A stretch of DNA of 63,081 nucleotides, counting the filler, from Octopus bimaculoides (Eukaryota), in assembly GCF_001194135.2 (NCBI RefSeq). It is 4 parts of 4 records of this genome, joined end to end, with 100 filler letters (N's around TTAATTAATTAA, not from the genome) between each part and the next. Parts side by side here need not be neighbours in the genome. Positions count along the whole stretch, not along the records: positions 23,035 to 43,427 come from NC_068992.1; 3 more parts are not named here. The stretch is one strand, 5' to 3'. The notes beneath the pieces are model-generated. The model had not been told where the DNA came from and made no database searches. It saw only the letters and a list, made by a program, of their open reading frames with translations. Each line of letters starts with the position of its first letter. The first letter of the stretch is position 1. Of this stretch, positions 26,991 to 41,484 are shown one piece after another. Position numbers and translations under genes: made by a program.

Positions 26991-27489
26991 ACTGTTTTTG
27001 GAGAACGCTTTTTACTTATCACCGTAGCATTATTCAGACAGGATGACAAAATACACCTTAGACAACTGATAGTACCATGGCTGATACTGATATCACCAAA
27101 CAGTACTACAGCACCTGTAAGCCATTTAACAATAAGTAAGTATTGATACATATTCCCATAGATGTCCAACAATACATGCCACTAATGTTCAAGTTACTTT
27201 TGTCTCTGGAATACTCAGACGGTAATTCATTGAGGACATAATTCTATTGATCGAATAACTGAAATAGTCATCGTCGAAATCGACACAGATCCATTAGCTA
27301 TTATGTGTATATGTGCGTGCGTGACGTTTTTACTTATCCTTTTACGATTAACAATACTAGACTGCATAATACAGACCGAAGTATGGGGTTGGTGCTGTGT
27401 AGAATCACGTGTATTTGGAGCTAAGTAGACCATTAAATCCAAACCATGGTTTCACGCTTGTATCAATGAAGATATCAGGAAGAACTCTC

Positions 27490-27610
<121 letters not shown>

Positions 27611-28677
27611 TCTTCCTCTCTCCCTCCCTCCCATCCACCTCTCATCTTCTTTATCAATGTCTTTTCTGTTTCTATCTATGTCTTGTATTCGCTCTCTCTG
27701 TATTCCTTTCCCCCCTCTCTCTCGATCTCAGTATCTTTGTCTCTGTTTCTGTCCAGCTCCTCTTCCTCTTCTCTCTCTATCTCTCTCTCTCTCTCTTTCT
27801 TCCTCCTCTCCCTCCACTTCCCGTTTATGGCTCTCTCTATCTTTTTCCCTATCACTTATTGGACATATTCTTAAAGGCATTGTTTAGATTTAATGGTGTA
27901 CTTACCGAATATGCACGCAAACTCATATATAGTGTGTGCATGTGTAGGTGCGTACACGCATATATGCACACAAATGTATGTATGTATNNNNNNNNNNNNN
28001 NNNNNNNNNNNNNNNNNNNNNNNNNNNNNNNNNNNNNNNNNNNNNNNNNNNNNNNNNNNNNNNNNNNNNNNNNNNNNNNNNNNNNNNNNNNNNNNNNNNN
28101 NNNNNNNNNNNNNNNNNNNNNNNNNNNNNNNNNNNNNNNNNNNNNNNNNNNNNNNNNNNNNNNNNNNNNNNNNNNNNNNNNNNNNNNNNNNNNNNNNNNN
28201 NNNNNNNNNNNNNNNNNNNNNNNNNNNNNNNNNNNNNNNNNNNNNNNNNNNNNNNNNNNNNNNNNNNNNNNNNNNNNNNNNNNNNNNNNNNNNNNNNNNN
28301 NNNNNNNNNNNNNNNNNNNNNNNNNNNNNNNNNNNNNNNNNNNNNNNNNNNNNNNNNNNNNNNNNNNNNNNNNNNNNNNNNNNNNNNNNNNNNNNNNNNN
28401 NNNNNNNNNNNNNNNNNNNNNNNNNNNNNNNNNNNNNNNNNNNNNNNNNNNNNNNNNNNNNNNNNNNNNNNNNNNNNNNNNNNNNNNNNNNNNNNNNNNN
28501 NNNNNNNNNNNNNNNNNNNNNNNNNNNNNNNNNNNNNNNNNNNNNNNNNNNNNNNNNNNNNNNNNNNNNNNNNNNNNNNNNNNNNNNNNNNNNNNNNNNN
28601 NNNNNNNNNNNNNNNNNNNNNNNNNNNNNNNNNNNNNNNNNNNNNNNNNNNNNNNNNNNNNNNNNNNNNNNNNNNNN

Positions 28678-28720
<43 letters not shown>

Positions 28721-28917
28721 CGCAGACACTTGCGTGTGATTCAACAAGCGAGTAAAGTATATATATATACTAAATGAAAGTGATATATTAGTGTACGTAT
28801 GTGTATATGTATATGTGTGTATGTATGTATGTGTGCGTGTGTGTGTATGTGTTTATGTATCTATCATCTCTACATAATTCATACATACATATATCTATGT
28901 ATATGTACAATAATTAC

Positions 28918-28956
<39 letters not shown>

Positions 28957-28966
28957 NNNNNNNNNN

Positions 28967-29010
<44 letters not shown>

Positions 29011-29419
29011 AGCTGAGATTATTTGTTCATCGTAACCAGTAGTTTCGCCATTACAATGCTCACACGATGAAGACACAATACATCTACTGACAAGATATTT
29101 TTCCATCAATAAATTAGGAACTAACTGTGAGATAAGTATGGCAGCAGGAAAGAACGTGACACGTTATGACGAAAATTTGTTGGTGGTTACGAAAATAAAT
29201 ATATATCATTACAGAACTATAGTAACAAGTCAATAATTTGTAAATTCACGTACTTATGTAAATAAATGACCAAAATTTTACAAATATTGATGTGTTGATA
29301 TGTATACAATGATATAAATTATGGGAAAGCTATAAAAATAATGAATAAAGCGGAAATTAGACTAAATATAAACATTAAAATCACATAAAAGTAATTAATT
29401 ATAATTAGTAAACGGTGTT

Positions 29420-29423
29420 GGTG

Positions 29424-29496
<73 letters not shown>

Positions 29497-29574
29497 ATGG
29501 TGGTGGTGGTGGTGGTGGTGGTAGTAAATGGTGTTGTTGGTGGTAGTAGTAGTAGCAGCAACAGCAGCAGCGGC

Positions 29575-29627
<53 letters not shown>

Positions 29628-29641
29628 TAGTNNNNNNNNNN

Positions 29642-29706
<65 letters not shown>

Positions 29707-29720
29707 GTAGTGGTAAACTA
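29420..29720. repeat. Compound (GTA/GCA/GTG)n trinucleotide repeat
   Basis: Directly visible. Confidence 0.95.
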
Positions 29721-29992
29721 GTGACAATACTAAGAAGACTTTATGATAATTAAAATTTTGGCTCAAATTGAAGATATTTTGAGATGAAGGCAAGCCGATT
29801 GCATCGAACCCAGTACCTTACTGGTAGTTTATTTTATCGAACCCGAAAAGATGAGGATATTGAAGACATGTAGTCCATTGAAACCCAAGTTGTAGATACA
29901 TATATGTAATTTCCAGCTAATTCCTACAGATTTATTCAGAACATCAGATGAAATAAGTATGGATTGAGGTTATACAGGAAGTATATCCATAC

Positions 29993-30030
<38 letters not shown>

Positions 30031-30779
30031 TTGAAAGCAAAATGGATACATTTCATGGAGGCTTCTAATGATTAAAAAAATATATTTAAACAATTGAAAA
30101 TATTCATGTTGCCTTATCACAGCACGTTTCCTTAAAACCATGCTTTTGATGGTTTTGTATACGCCGGTGTCCCTCTTTGTACACGTTTGCGAGGTAATTG
30201 ATATATGTGTCAACATTGAATAAGAATGCATTTGAATCTTCCGAGTCTACATGTATCAGCTTATTTCATCATCAGCATCACCACCAAGAACAGCAGTAGT
30301 AGCATCAGGAACAACAGCAGTAGTGGCAGCAGCATATGTTGATGTGTAGGGCATGAGCGTGAAGTATTTGTAAACTAAGCCCAGTAATTCGAAACATCCA
30401 TCTTATATTTCCGTTTACACCTTTCGTTTATTTTCATCTCTGTGCGTGCATATATGTAAACGCGGATATGTGTGGTTGTGTGGCTGTATGGCTTAATGGC
30501 AGTGTACGTGCGTAGTGTACCTACGCGTGTGTACAGTTATATTTATATATGTTCCCGTTATAAAGGGTGCATGTGACATGATTTACGCTGTTATATATAT
30601 ATATATGTTGCAGTGTGCAATCGCTTGTGTATGTATATGCATATGTGTGTATGTGTGCGTGCGCACGCGTCTGTGCGTGTCTGTGCGTGTCTGTGTGTTT
30701 GTGGGTACAGGAAGTATGGTAAACGCTCAGCTTTTAACCACATCTAAGTAGAATGAATGTGTGTATGTATGTGTGTGTG

Positions 30780-30863
<84 letters not shown>

Positions 30864-31399
30864 TATTATCATGTGGCCGTATGTGACTGCAATGGAGAAT
30901 GCTGCTTACACGGAAGTGCGAGAAGTGCCTCTATCAACCCCATAAATAATTAATGTTAATTATCTCCCTTTCGTAGTTACAGATTAAACCGAACCTTCAC
31001 TCCCATAAGAAACGCAATACATCTAAGAATTTATCTCACATTCAACATAATGTTACAATCAACATTAAATCCATCAGTACCGATCCAAAAGAATAGAGTT
31101 CACTTAAATTATCTCTAGAATATACAATCTTGATATCGATAAATTATTACTAATAATAATCATTTAAAATCGATATCTATCAAACCCTTATAAAATTCGA
31201 CACATGAAAGAACTTGAATACTCCAAATGCACATTAATCACAATCGTTTAGTTAAAATAATGTAGGTTTACACTGGCTTAACTCACATACACATAATAAA
31301 ATTGTAGCGATAGAATGATTACCAGCTGTCGTTGTATAATGAAATGCTCTATGGGTCGATGTTAATATTGAGCACCATCAGTGTAAAATAATATATGGT

Positions 31400-31690
31400 G
31401 GTTGTCTCTGGTAATCCGAGAAAGACGGTTCTGCAATTTCTTGCTGAACAACCTGTACAATTGATTCGTGTATAATGAACAAGTGTTTGTGCCATTATTT
31501 GCTCACTCCCTCCATCGAATTGACGTAGTCTGAACAGATGCACAGGGTACTACGAGTCAGATGTCGAAGTGGTCGCATAGCAGTGTGAGATGAAGTGTTT
31601 TGCTCAAGAACACAACGCACGATCCGGTCTTGGAATTGAAATCACAATCTCGCGATGGTGAGTGCAACACCGTAGCTACTAGGCCATGAG
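31400..31690 (-). mobile_element. tRNA-derived SINE, family D
   Basis: Minus strand tggcctagtagc (A box-like), atttcaattcc (B box-like), then gttgtgttcttgagcaaaacactt. Confidence 0.55.
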
Positions 31691-31936
31691 ACCTTGTTAA
31701 ACGATAAATACGCTTGTATCAATAGACCGCATAGCATTTATATGTTTTTATCTCTTTCTAGTCATACTTCACAATATAAATAAGGCAAACTGAAATAATA
31801 AATGAATATATCATTCAAGCTAGCCAGCATAAACTAACATCCAAAACTTGTCTAGACCATAAAAGAAAAAAAATTAAGCAATTAACTCTATTAATTAACA
31901 ATTAAAAATAATCAAATCTTAATTAAGCATAAGATC

Positions 31937-32093
31937 GGGCGTGGTTGAGTGGTTAAGAAGCTTACTTGCTAAGCATATCGTCTTGGGTTCAGTTACTCTA
32001 CGCGGCAACTTGGACAAGTGTCTTCTATTATAGCTCTGGGTTGACTGAAAGCCTTGTGGATGGATTTCTTAGATGGAAACCGGAAGAATCTCG

Positions 32094-32098
<5 letters not shown>
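31937..32098 (+). mobile_element. SINE family B copy
   Basis: ggcgtggttgagtggttaagaagc...cttggacaagtgtcttctattatagc...gatggaaaccggaaga followed by (CA)n. Confidence 0.8.
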
Positions 32099-32168
<70 letters not shown>

Positions 32169-32670
32169 NNNNNNNNNNNNNNNNNNNNNNNNNNNNNNNN
32201 NNNNNNNNNNNNNNNNNNNNNNNNNNNNNNNNNNNNNNNNNNNNNNNNNNNNNNNNNNNNNNNNNNNNNNNNNNNNNNNNNNNNNNNNNNNNNNNNNNNN
32301 NNNNNNNNNNNNNNNNNNNNNNNNNNNNNNNNNNNNNNNNNNNNNNNNNNNNNNNNNNNNNNNNNNNNNNNNNNNNNNNNNNNNNNNNNNNNNNNNNNNN
32401 NNNNNNNNNNNNNNNNNNNNNNNNNNNNNNNNNNNNNNNNNNNNNNNNNNNNNNNNNNNNNNNNNNNNNNNNNNNNNNNNNNNNNNNNNNNNNNNNNNNN
32501 NNNNNNNNNNNNNNNNNNNNNNNNNNNNNNNNNNNNNNNNNNNNNNNNNNNNNNNNNNNNNNNNNNNNNNNNNNNNNNNNNNNNNNNNNNNNTACTGTTT
32601 GCGAAAAATATAAGCACTGCATTTCGATGAATAAGCATGCGTATCTACACACCGAAACCACATGCGTACA

Positions 32671-32702
<32 letters not shown>

Positions 32703-33714
32703 CACACACACTCACATACATACACACACACACTCACACACACACACACACACACACCAGTGCATTTTCAACTTCTTTTTTCTATATTTCTACTCGTGTA
32801 GAATAAAATAACTTTTTTCCTATATACATATATACATACATGCATACACACACATACACATACACCCACACACAAATATAAGACAATATTCGTTGTAGTC
32901 TGCGTCTGCCCGACTTTTATTATTTGGAAAAATAATAAAAGAATGTGTACAATGATATGGTTGGGGTGAATGTTAGGTTTTAAACATATACACACATCTT
33001 CTATGCTTGAGCGACTGACTGCAACTGATGAGGAACGCAAAGCAACGTGAACTTGTATACGTAGACATAAAGTAGTTGGAGAGAGAAACTAGGTGAAAGA
33101 ATGAGAAGGGGAAAGAGAAACGAAAAGAGGAAAAGCGGGTGGGGATGAGGTGGAAAAGAAAATTAAGGTGTGTGGGGGAATTAACGGATATTAAAACAGA
33201 GGGGGCGAAGGAGCTGATGGAAAATCGTCCATGTAAACACAACGGTTAGCTTATATTTACATATTTTAAATCTTCTATGTTTTCCTTTGGTTACATATAG
33301 ACATTTTCACGTGTAACTATTATGGTACCGAATAACCCAAACAAACGTTTATCCAAAACCTTAAAAATCTTGGATTCGCAATGAATAAATAAAAAAAACC
33401 ACTTCACACTTGTTCAACAAATTCATTCTGGTTGCAAGCTTGAAAGCTATTCGAGATTTCACCAAAGTTTAAGATGTAACTCTATATGTCTGTCTACACT
33501 GAAATGGTGCATGCAGATTTTATGCTTACCCGCTCCACAGAATCCAGACATTATTATGACAAGCATTAATTATAGGATTTATTTAAAGAATATAAAAAAG
33601 ATATATATAAACACACACACACACACACACGCGCATAGCATAAACACACATTTATGCATACATATACATATATATCTACATAGAGATATATTTGCACACA
33701 CATGCACAAGCACA

Positions 33715-33870
<156 letters not shown>

Positions 33871-33988
33871 TATATGACACATTTCTCACCACAGCAGGGT
33901 GTTAGCTTGACACTAGAAGCCAGTGCAGTATAGAAAATAGTAAACTCACACACGCAAGCACCCACACTCGCACACACACATACACACA

Positions 33989-34048
<60 letters not shown>

Positions 34049-35559
34049 NNNNNNNNNNNNNNNNNNNNNNNNNNNNNNNNNNNNNNNNNNNNNNNNNNNN
34101 NNNNNNNNNNNNNNNNNNNNNNNNNNNNNNNNNNNNNNNNNNNNNNNNNNNNNNNNNNNNNNNNNNNNNNNNNNNNNNNNNNNNNNNNNNNNNNNNNNNN
34201 NNNNNNNNNNNNNNNNNNNNNNNNNNNNNNNNNNNNNNNNNNNNNNNNNNNNNNNNNNNNNNNNNNNNNNNNNNNNNNNNNNNNNNNNNNNNNNNNNNNN
34301 NNNNNNNNNNNNNNNNNNNNNNNNNNNNNNNNNNNNNNNNNNNNNNNNNNNNNNNNNNNNNNNNNNNNNNNNNNNNNNNNNNNNNNNNNNNNNNNNNNNN
34401 NNNNNNNNNNNNNNNNNNNNNNNNNNNNNNNNNNNNNNNNNNNNNNNNNNNNNNNNNNNNNNNNNNNNNNNNNNNNNNNNNNNNNNNNNNNNNNNNNNNN
34501 NNNNNNNNNNNNNNNNNNNNNNNNNNNNNNNNNNNNNNNNNNNNNNNNNNNNNNNNNNNNNNNNNNNNNNNNNNNNNNNNNNNNNNNNNNNNNNNNNNNN
34601 NNNNNNNNNNNNNNNNNNNNNNNNNNNNNNNNNNNNNNNNNNNNNNNNNNNNNNNNNNNNNNNNNNNNNNNNNNNNNNNNNNNNNNNNNNNNNNNNNNNN
34701 NNNNNNNNNNNNNNNNNNNNNNNNNNNNNNNNNNNNNNNNNNNNNNNNNNNNNNNNNTGTGTGTGTGTGTGTGTGTGTGTGTGTCTGCTGGGTTTTTTTT
34801 TTGTCCTTGTTTTGTTTTCTTCTACTTTCATACTTTACTTTTTCGCATATGTTTGTTTTTGTTTTTCTTGGTACTAAGTTTGTTATCACGCAGATCTACC
34901 ACACCTTTTTCGTATCGCATCCTTCCCATATCAGCTATCGTTATCCTCCGTGCTTTCAGTTCACTAATTACGTTTTTTAACAGCAACAATGATAACAACG
35001 ATGATAACAATAACAACAACAACAACAGCAACATCTTCAACAACACTATGTAACAACATTTTTACTTTTTCATGTCATCGGTCAGTAAGTGGTGTTTCCT
35101 ATTTGCTTCTACTATTTCCTTCAAAATTTTCTTTTGTGACCTGGACATCAATATTTTCAAACTGACCTATTTTCCATTACATTTCAGACAGATCCAGCAC
35201 TGAGTTGCTAAAGCAGAAATATCGTTAGGAGTTTAGGGGAGCATCATAGCCATGTGGTGAGAGGAATTTTGGTGGTGGTTTGATTAAATGTAACAAAAGA
35301 AAAGTTTGAAGGATATATTAGCCATTTTTCATACTTTCTAGGGGCCAGCAAATAGGAAATGACAGTTTCTAACCCAAGGACAAAAATCGTGTTACACAGT
35401 GTAATAGATAAAGTCGATTACAGGCACAAGACCAGAAATACAGGTTTTAGAGGGTGTACTATACCATATCAGCTTCGGTGCTTGACCACATCTTTATTTC
35501 ATCAACATCGGAATAATGAAATGGGAAGTTGATCTCGGCGGGACCTCGTTTTTTATTTA

Positions 35560-36105
35560 ACGTTTAGTCAAGAGGAATGGTTTGGGTTTCCGAGACTGGT
35601 TAGTAAAATACCCTCAAACCAGTGACCTAGTCCGAATGATTGCAGCAGAGTGGACATCGCTAAGGTCACCTAAGGGATCAGGATGGAGTATTAAATCAGG
35701 CAAAGGATGATGTCTACCACCCATGTAAGCCCCTCCTTAATTCTTTTGTCCCTCTGCCTCTAACTCTCTCTCTTCTTTTCCAACGTGACTGGCGTTCGGC
35801 CAAGCCTGATCTTTCTCACTTAGTCGGCCGTTGTGCGTGCAACATCGATATTCCTCCCTGTGCCTGTGAAATCTAGTATCCCTGCCGTAGGGCTTTACTT
35901 CCACACACGCCAGCTTAATTTAATTCGTCCTTAGTCGAAAAACATCTGTTGTTACGTCCTGTTATCATTTTTATTTTATTTGTGCAACATTGTTCGTTTT
36001 CTTTTTGCGTCCTTGTTTTTCTATACATTCGCTGCTTTCTTCCAAGGAATCTAATGTTCTTAGCTTAGTTTTTCTTTGGGGCTGGCCAGATCGGAGCAGG
36101 GGCTA
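35560..36105. other. Unclassified, relatively GC-rich block, probably an interspersed repeat
   Basis: Composition differs from the flanks and resembles a recalled abundant octopus repeat; not verifiable here. Confidence 0.25.
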
Positions 36106-36107
36106 AG

Positions 36108-36272
36108 CCGATTACATCGACTCCAATGCTTTACTGGTACTATTTTACCGACTCTGAAAGGATGAAATGCAAAGTTGGCCTCGGCAGGATTTGAACTCAG
36201 GACGTAAAGACGGACAAAATGCTGCTAAGCATTTTGCTCCGCATGCTAACAATTCTGCCAGCTCGCCACCTT
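36108..36272 (-). mobile_element. SINE family A copy
   Basis: ctggtactattttaccgactctgaaaggatgaaatgcaaagttggcctcggcaggatttgaactc...ctgccagctcgccacc. Confidence 0.85.
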
Positions 36273-36474
36273 TTGTGTGTATGCAACAGTAACGGATAAA
36301 TATGCGATGGCTTGAGCAAGGTGTCCTATTATGTTGGTGACATGAGCAAAATATCGTAGGATGTTATGGATCGGTGGAGAAATATATGAGTTTATTGGTA
36401 GATACAGGTGATACGCCTGTGTAGATGTTTATCCGTGCTGGAGGCGTGCATGCGTGGGTTTTTATCGTGTGTCT

Positions 36475-37028
36475 ATGAGGTGCTTTAGATCACAACAAAT
36501 CGGTTATTGATATCAGCAATGGAAGATATTTTTGATTGGAGTATTAACAGCTGTTCACGACAAAGACGTGAAACGATAGTTCCATGGTGTTGTGTAATAT
36601 CAGAAAGTGCACGATGCTAGTGGGAGAGGCCTCAGTTTAAAAGATGACACTATTAACGATTATAAAATCGATTGATCCATTATAGAAAATGCGTCCTACT
36701 ATATTAAAGCTTCAAGATGGTATCTTTGATTCTCAGAGAAATGTAACATATGAGATGCTTTAGATCAAAGCAAGTCAGTTATTGATACCAGCAGGGGGAA
36801 GATATTTTTAATCGGAACATTTACCGCTGTTCACGACAAAGACGTGAAGCGGGGGATTCCGTGGTGTTGTATAATTCTAGAAACTGGACGATACTGCTTG
36901 TAGTGGCTTAGTTTAAAAGACGATAATATTGACAATTATAAAATCGACCGGTCCATTATGGGTAAACGCATCCCAGGACATTAATGGTTCATGGTGTGAT
37001 CTTTGTCTCTCTCGGAGAAATATAACAT
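36475..37028 (+). repeat. 275-bp tandem duplication with coding-like divergence
   Basis: Copy 1 36475-36749 and copy 2 36750-37028 share anchors such as gctttagatca, gctgttcacgacaaagacgtgaa and ttataaaatcga. Confidence 0.9.
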
Positions 37029-37493
37029 ACAATTACAGTTTCAGCATTTAGCAAAAGATCAGAAGTGGTGAATTGTTGGAGAAATTCCATTGATATTTAT
37101 TGATGAATTTCCAACTATCAAATATTATTTCCTAAATAATGGATTTACCATCTTATGAAAGATATTCATATATTGGAAAAGAAACAAATCATCCAAATAT
37201 TAAACATTAATACTCTATTAACAATAGTCTCCAACCTTACTTGTATGTGTTTTATACACATGATACTGAAGGAGGAAAATATCAAGTGCTTTTCTTGTAA
37301 ATAGATGAATATAACGCGCTCTGCCCATGAAATTTGAATAGATGAATGAGTGATGCGCAGTTTAATAGTATATTCGGTAACCAATCAAAGCTTCCTCGTT
37401 AATCCTATTTCGATGGGTTTAAAATATTATTGCTTATATATTGTCACGCTACTTTCTTACTTTGATTGTTTGAAACTTTGCAAGAAGTGAAGG

Positions 37494-37815
37494 AGAAGAA
37501 GAAGAAGAAGAAGAAGAAGAAGAAGAAGAAGAAGAAGAAGAAGAAGAAGAAGAAGAAGAAGAAGAAGAAGAAGAAGAAGAAGAAGAAGAAGAAGAAGAAA
37601 AAGAAGAAGAAGAAGAAGAAGAAGAAGAACAACAACAACAACAACAACTACAACAACAACAACAGCAACAATAGCAATAACAATAACAATAGCAACACCA
37701 ACGTTGACGTCAACAACAATAACAACAAAACATAAACAATTGCACCAAAACAACAGTAATAAAAACGACTACAACAGCAACAACAATAGCGACAGCAACA
37801 GCAGCTGTAACAACG
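37494..37815. repeat. (GAA)n followed by degenerate (CAA)n
   Basis: Directly visible. Confidence 0.95.
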
Positions 37816-38146
37816 ATATGAAGACTATACACAAAAAGTCGAAGACATATTTTACGACAATTATATACATACGACACTTATATTATATGTATAATTATAT
37901 ATATATATATATANNNNNNNNNNNNNNNNNNNNNNNNNNNNNNNNNNNNNNNNNNNNNNNNNNNNNNNNNNNNNNNNNNNNNNNNNNNNNNNNNNNNNNN
38001 NNNNNNNNNNNNNNNNNNNNNNNNNNNNNNNNNNNNNNNNNNNNNNNNNNNNNNNNNNNNNNNNNNNNNNNNNNNNNNNNNNNNNNNNNNNNNNNNNNNN
38101 NNNNNNNNNNNNNNNNNNNNNNNNNNNNNNNNNNNNNNNNNNNNNN

Positions 38147-38191
<45 letters not shown>

Positions 38192-38346
38192 AACATAAAC
38201 GAAAGCACATAGCCCCTGAGCACATACATCTACACGCATACAAACACTCGAACCTACATAGTATACAATGTCTAGTTAGGTTATTTAATGAAAGCAACAT
38301 TTTCCGCCTAAGTTATTTTTCTACCACACAGCTACTGCATTAGAGA

Positions 38347-38380
<34 letters not shown>

Positions 38381-38774
38381 ACACACACACAGAGTGGCAC
38401 ATGTATGAATTTATTTATCTATATATACCCATATTAATATGCATGCATACATACATGTGTATGTATGTATGTGTTTGCGTTTGTATATATATATATATAT
38501 CCATGTTAAATAAAACGGTTAGCTTCAGTTGATTTAACGGAATAGCAGCATAGAATAATACTGCCTGGCAGTCTGTGAGTCTTTTATATTGATTTCTATG
38601 TAACTAGGCATCAACCACATGTAGCATAGCAATAGATGGCAGTACACGATTGGAACGGGAATGGAATTATAGCATTGACGTATATAGGTGACACCCACAC
38701 TCACACACACACAAACACACACACACACACACACACACATAAACACACACACACACATATATGTATATACGTAT

Positions 38775-38844
<70 letters not shown>

Positions 38845-39375
38845 CATATGTATTATGAAATTCGTGTTGTTCGGGACTCTAACTTTCCTTTTGTGGTTTA
38901 TTTAATTTGTCTCTCCTCCATGTTGAGTACCCTCCACCCGAAAATGCTCTCTTGTTATACTTAAATTTGTCTTAAAATAATCATCTCAGTATTTCATACA
39001 AACATTCATACGTACGTACGTGTGTGTGTGTCTGTGTGTGTTTGTGTATCAAAACCAAATGGAACCCACTGAAATCGAACCTATTTCGTGAACCTTCGCC
39101 TACTGATTAGGTATCTCTGCCTTTATTTCTTTCTCTCTCTCTCTCTCCCTCTCCCTCTCTCTCTCTCTCTCTCCACGCTTAATCTCTCCCACTTCTTAAG
39201 TCTCAACCCTCTCCTCCTGTCTTTCATTCTTTCTCTTTCTTTGTCATTCCTTTCCTTTTCTTCTCACTTGCACACTCTATCTCTCAACCCGAGCCCCCCT
39301 TCTCTCTGTCTCTCTGTCTCTCTTCCTCGATCTCTCTCTCTCTATCTCTCTCTCTCTCAATCACTCATTCTCTAA

Positions 39376-39500
39376 TAGCGGAAGTGAACCGAAATGGACA
39401 AAACCAAAAACCAAAACCAGAACCGAACGGTACCGGAGCGACACAAATCGAAACCGGAAGTCGGTTTTTCGTTCCCAGACGACAACGAACCACCCTCGTC
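39376..39500. promoter_or_regulatory. Candidate promoter: CpG-rich island with two ETS/GABP-type motifs
   Basis: gcggaagtg at 39378 and accggaagt at 39453; about a dozen CpGs in about 110 bp; flanked by CT-rich tracts; no TE signature seen. Confidence 0.45.
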
Positions 39501-40065
39501 TTCTCGCTCTCTCCCCCCACTATTCATCCTTCTCTTCCTCTCTGTTGCTCACTCTCTCCTCTTTCTCCCACCCTTCTTCTCTTTCACGCTCCACACTACT
39601 GTTCGTGGTTGTGTGCTGTACGATAGTTAAACATTAAACATACCCAATACATACGTATCGATCACAATACGTATCGATCTTACATACCATTCAATGTTCT
39701 CTCTTTCTCTCTTTCCACATTCACATTTTACCTGCCTTTACTCGGTGGTTATAGCTTGTTGTTCTTACGGCTGTTATTGTTGCTGTTGTTGTTGTTGTTG
39801 TTGTAGTTGTGATTATGTTGTATTTTCGTGTTGGGATTTTTATTTATTTATTTATTTATTTATTCATTCCATTCGAATATATAAAAAAAATACATACACA
39901 ATCACACACACACAGAAACACGTATAAGTATGCATATACAAACGTGTGTGTGTGTGAATGCCTAAATATTTATATACATCAGTATATGCGTCCCTGTCTA
40001 ACTATTTATATACACTTATATACAGACACGTACATATGAGCGAATGTTACAAGATATATATGCAT

Positions 40066-40140
<75 letters not shown>

Positions 40141-40368
40141 TGTGTGTGTGTGTATTTATGTGTGTGTACATGTACATGGAGAGAGAGAAAGAGTCACAAA
40201 GAAGCAAAAACAGATAATTGTGTATACCACCATATGCATATAATCATGCATGTAGATACAGAATTGCACGTGTATACACACACGAAAAGACACATGCACA
40301 CATGCGCAAACACACATCCATTTTGTACATATATATACTTATGTGTATATGCATCTGTCTCTCTCTCC

Positions 40369-40430
<62 letters not shown>

Positions 40431-40446
40431 GAATATATACATATGA

Positions 40447-40496
<50 letters not shown>

Positions 40497-41447
40497 TTGT
40501 ATGTGTGTGTGTGTGTGTATGTAGGTATGTATTATGTATTATGTATGTATGTATGTATATGCATATATAAAATCTGTTTGCAACATAATGCCGTCTGTTC
40601 TAAAAGACGATTCTTGCTGTAAAGCGCAGCATCTTATCTTTGGTTAAACCTCCCCTTCTCCCATCTCTCTCTCTCTCTCTACCTCCTCCTTCTCTCTCTA
40701 CTTTCCTCTCCGTATTTTTCTTCTCTATCACTCTGTTATTCCCCCCTCTCTTTACCTTCTTAACCCTCACCTAATCACTCCACCTCTCACTGCTCCTCCC
40801 TCACTACCTGTCTGTCTCTTCCAACAGCTCTCTGCCACATGGCGACTGACTAACAAACGTTGTTTGCCAGTTGCCAACATCTCCTCTTCGCACAAGTTGC
40901 TGCTGCGGCGAACAAAACAACCCCTACTAGCAGGAGATAGCTTTTATTTCACTCCCGTTTAATTCACAGTCTCTGCAGACATACACATATATATATATAC
41001 ACACGTATGCATACATACATATATACATACATTCATACATAGAAACATACATAAATACATGCTTGTATGGATATAGATACATGTGTATTTATACATATAT
41101 ATATCTACATACATACGTATACTCATACATACAATGATATATATATATATNNNNNNNNNNNNNNNNNNNNNNNNNNNNNNNNNNNNNNNNNNNNNNNNNN
41201 NNNNNNNNNNNNNNNNNNNNNNNNNNNNNNNNNNNNNNNNNNNNNNNNNNNNNNNNNNNNNNNNNNNNNNNNNNNNNNNNNNNNNNNNNNNNNNNNNNNN
41301 NNNNNNNNNNNNNNNNNNNNNNNNNNNNNNNNNNNNNNNNNNNNNNNNNNNNNNNNNNNNNNNNNNNNNNNNNNNNNNNNNNNNNNNNNNNNNNNNNNNN
41401 NTATATATATATATATATATATGCAGATAGATACGTATATGCATATT

Positions 41448-41484
<37 letters not shown>

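Noticed and set aside
29000-29250. Short open frames after the (TAT)n tract
   Set aside because: Weak splice signals and no recognisable peptide.
33025-33060. CTGATGA as a hammerhead core
   Set aside because: No closing stem II plus GAAA follows.
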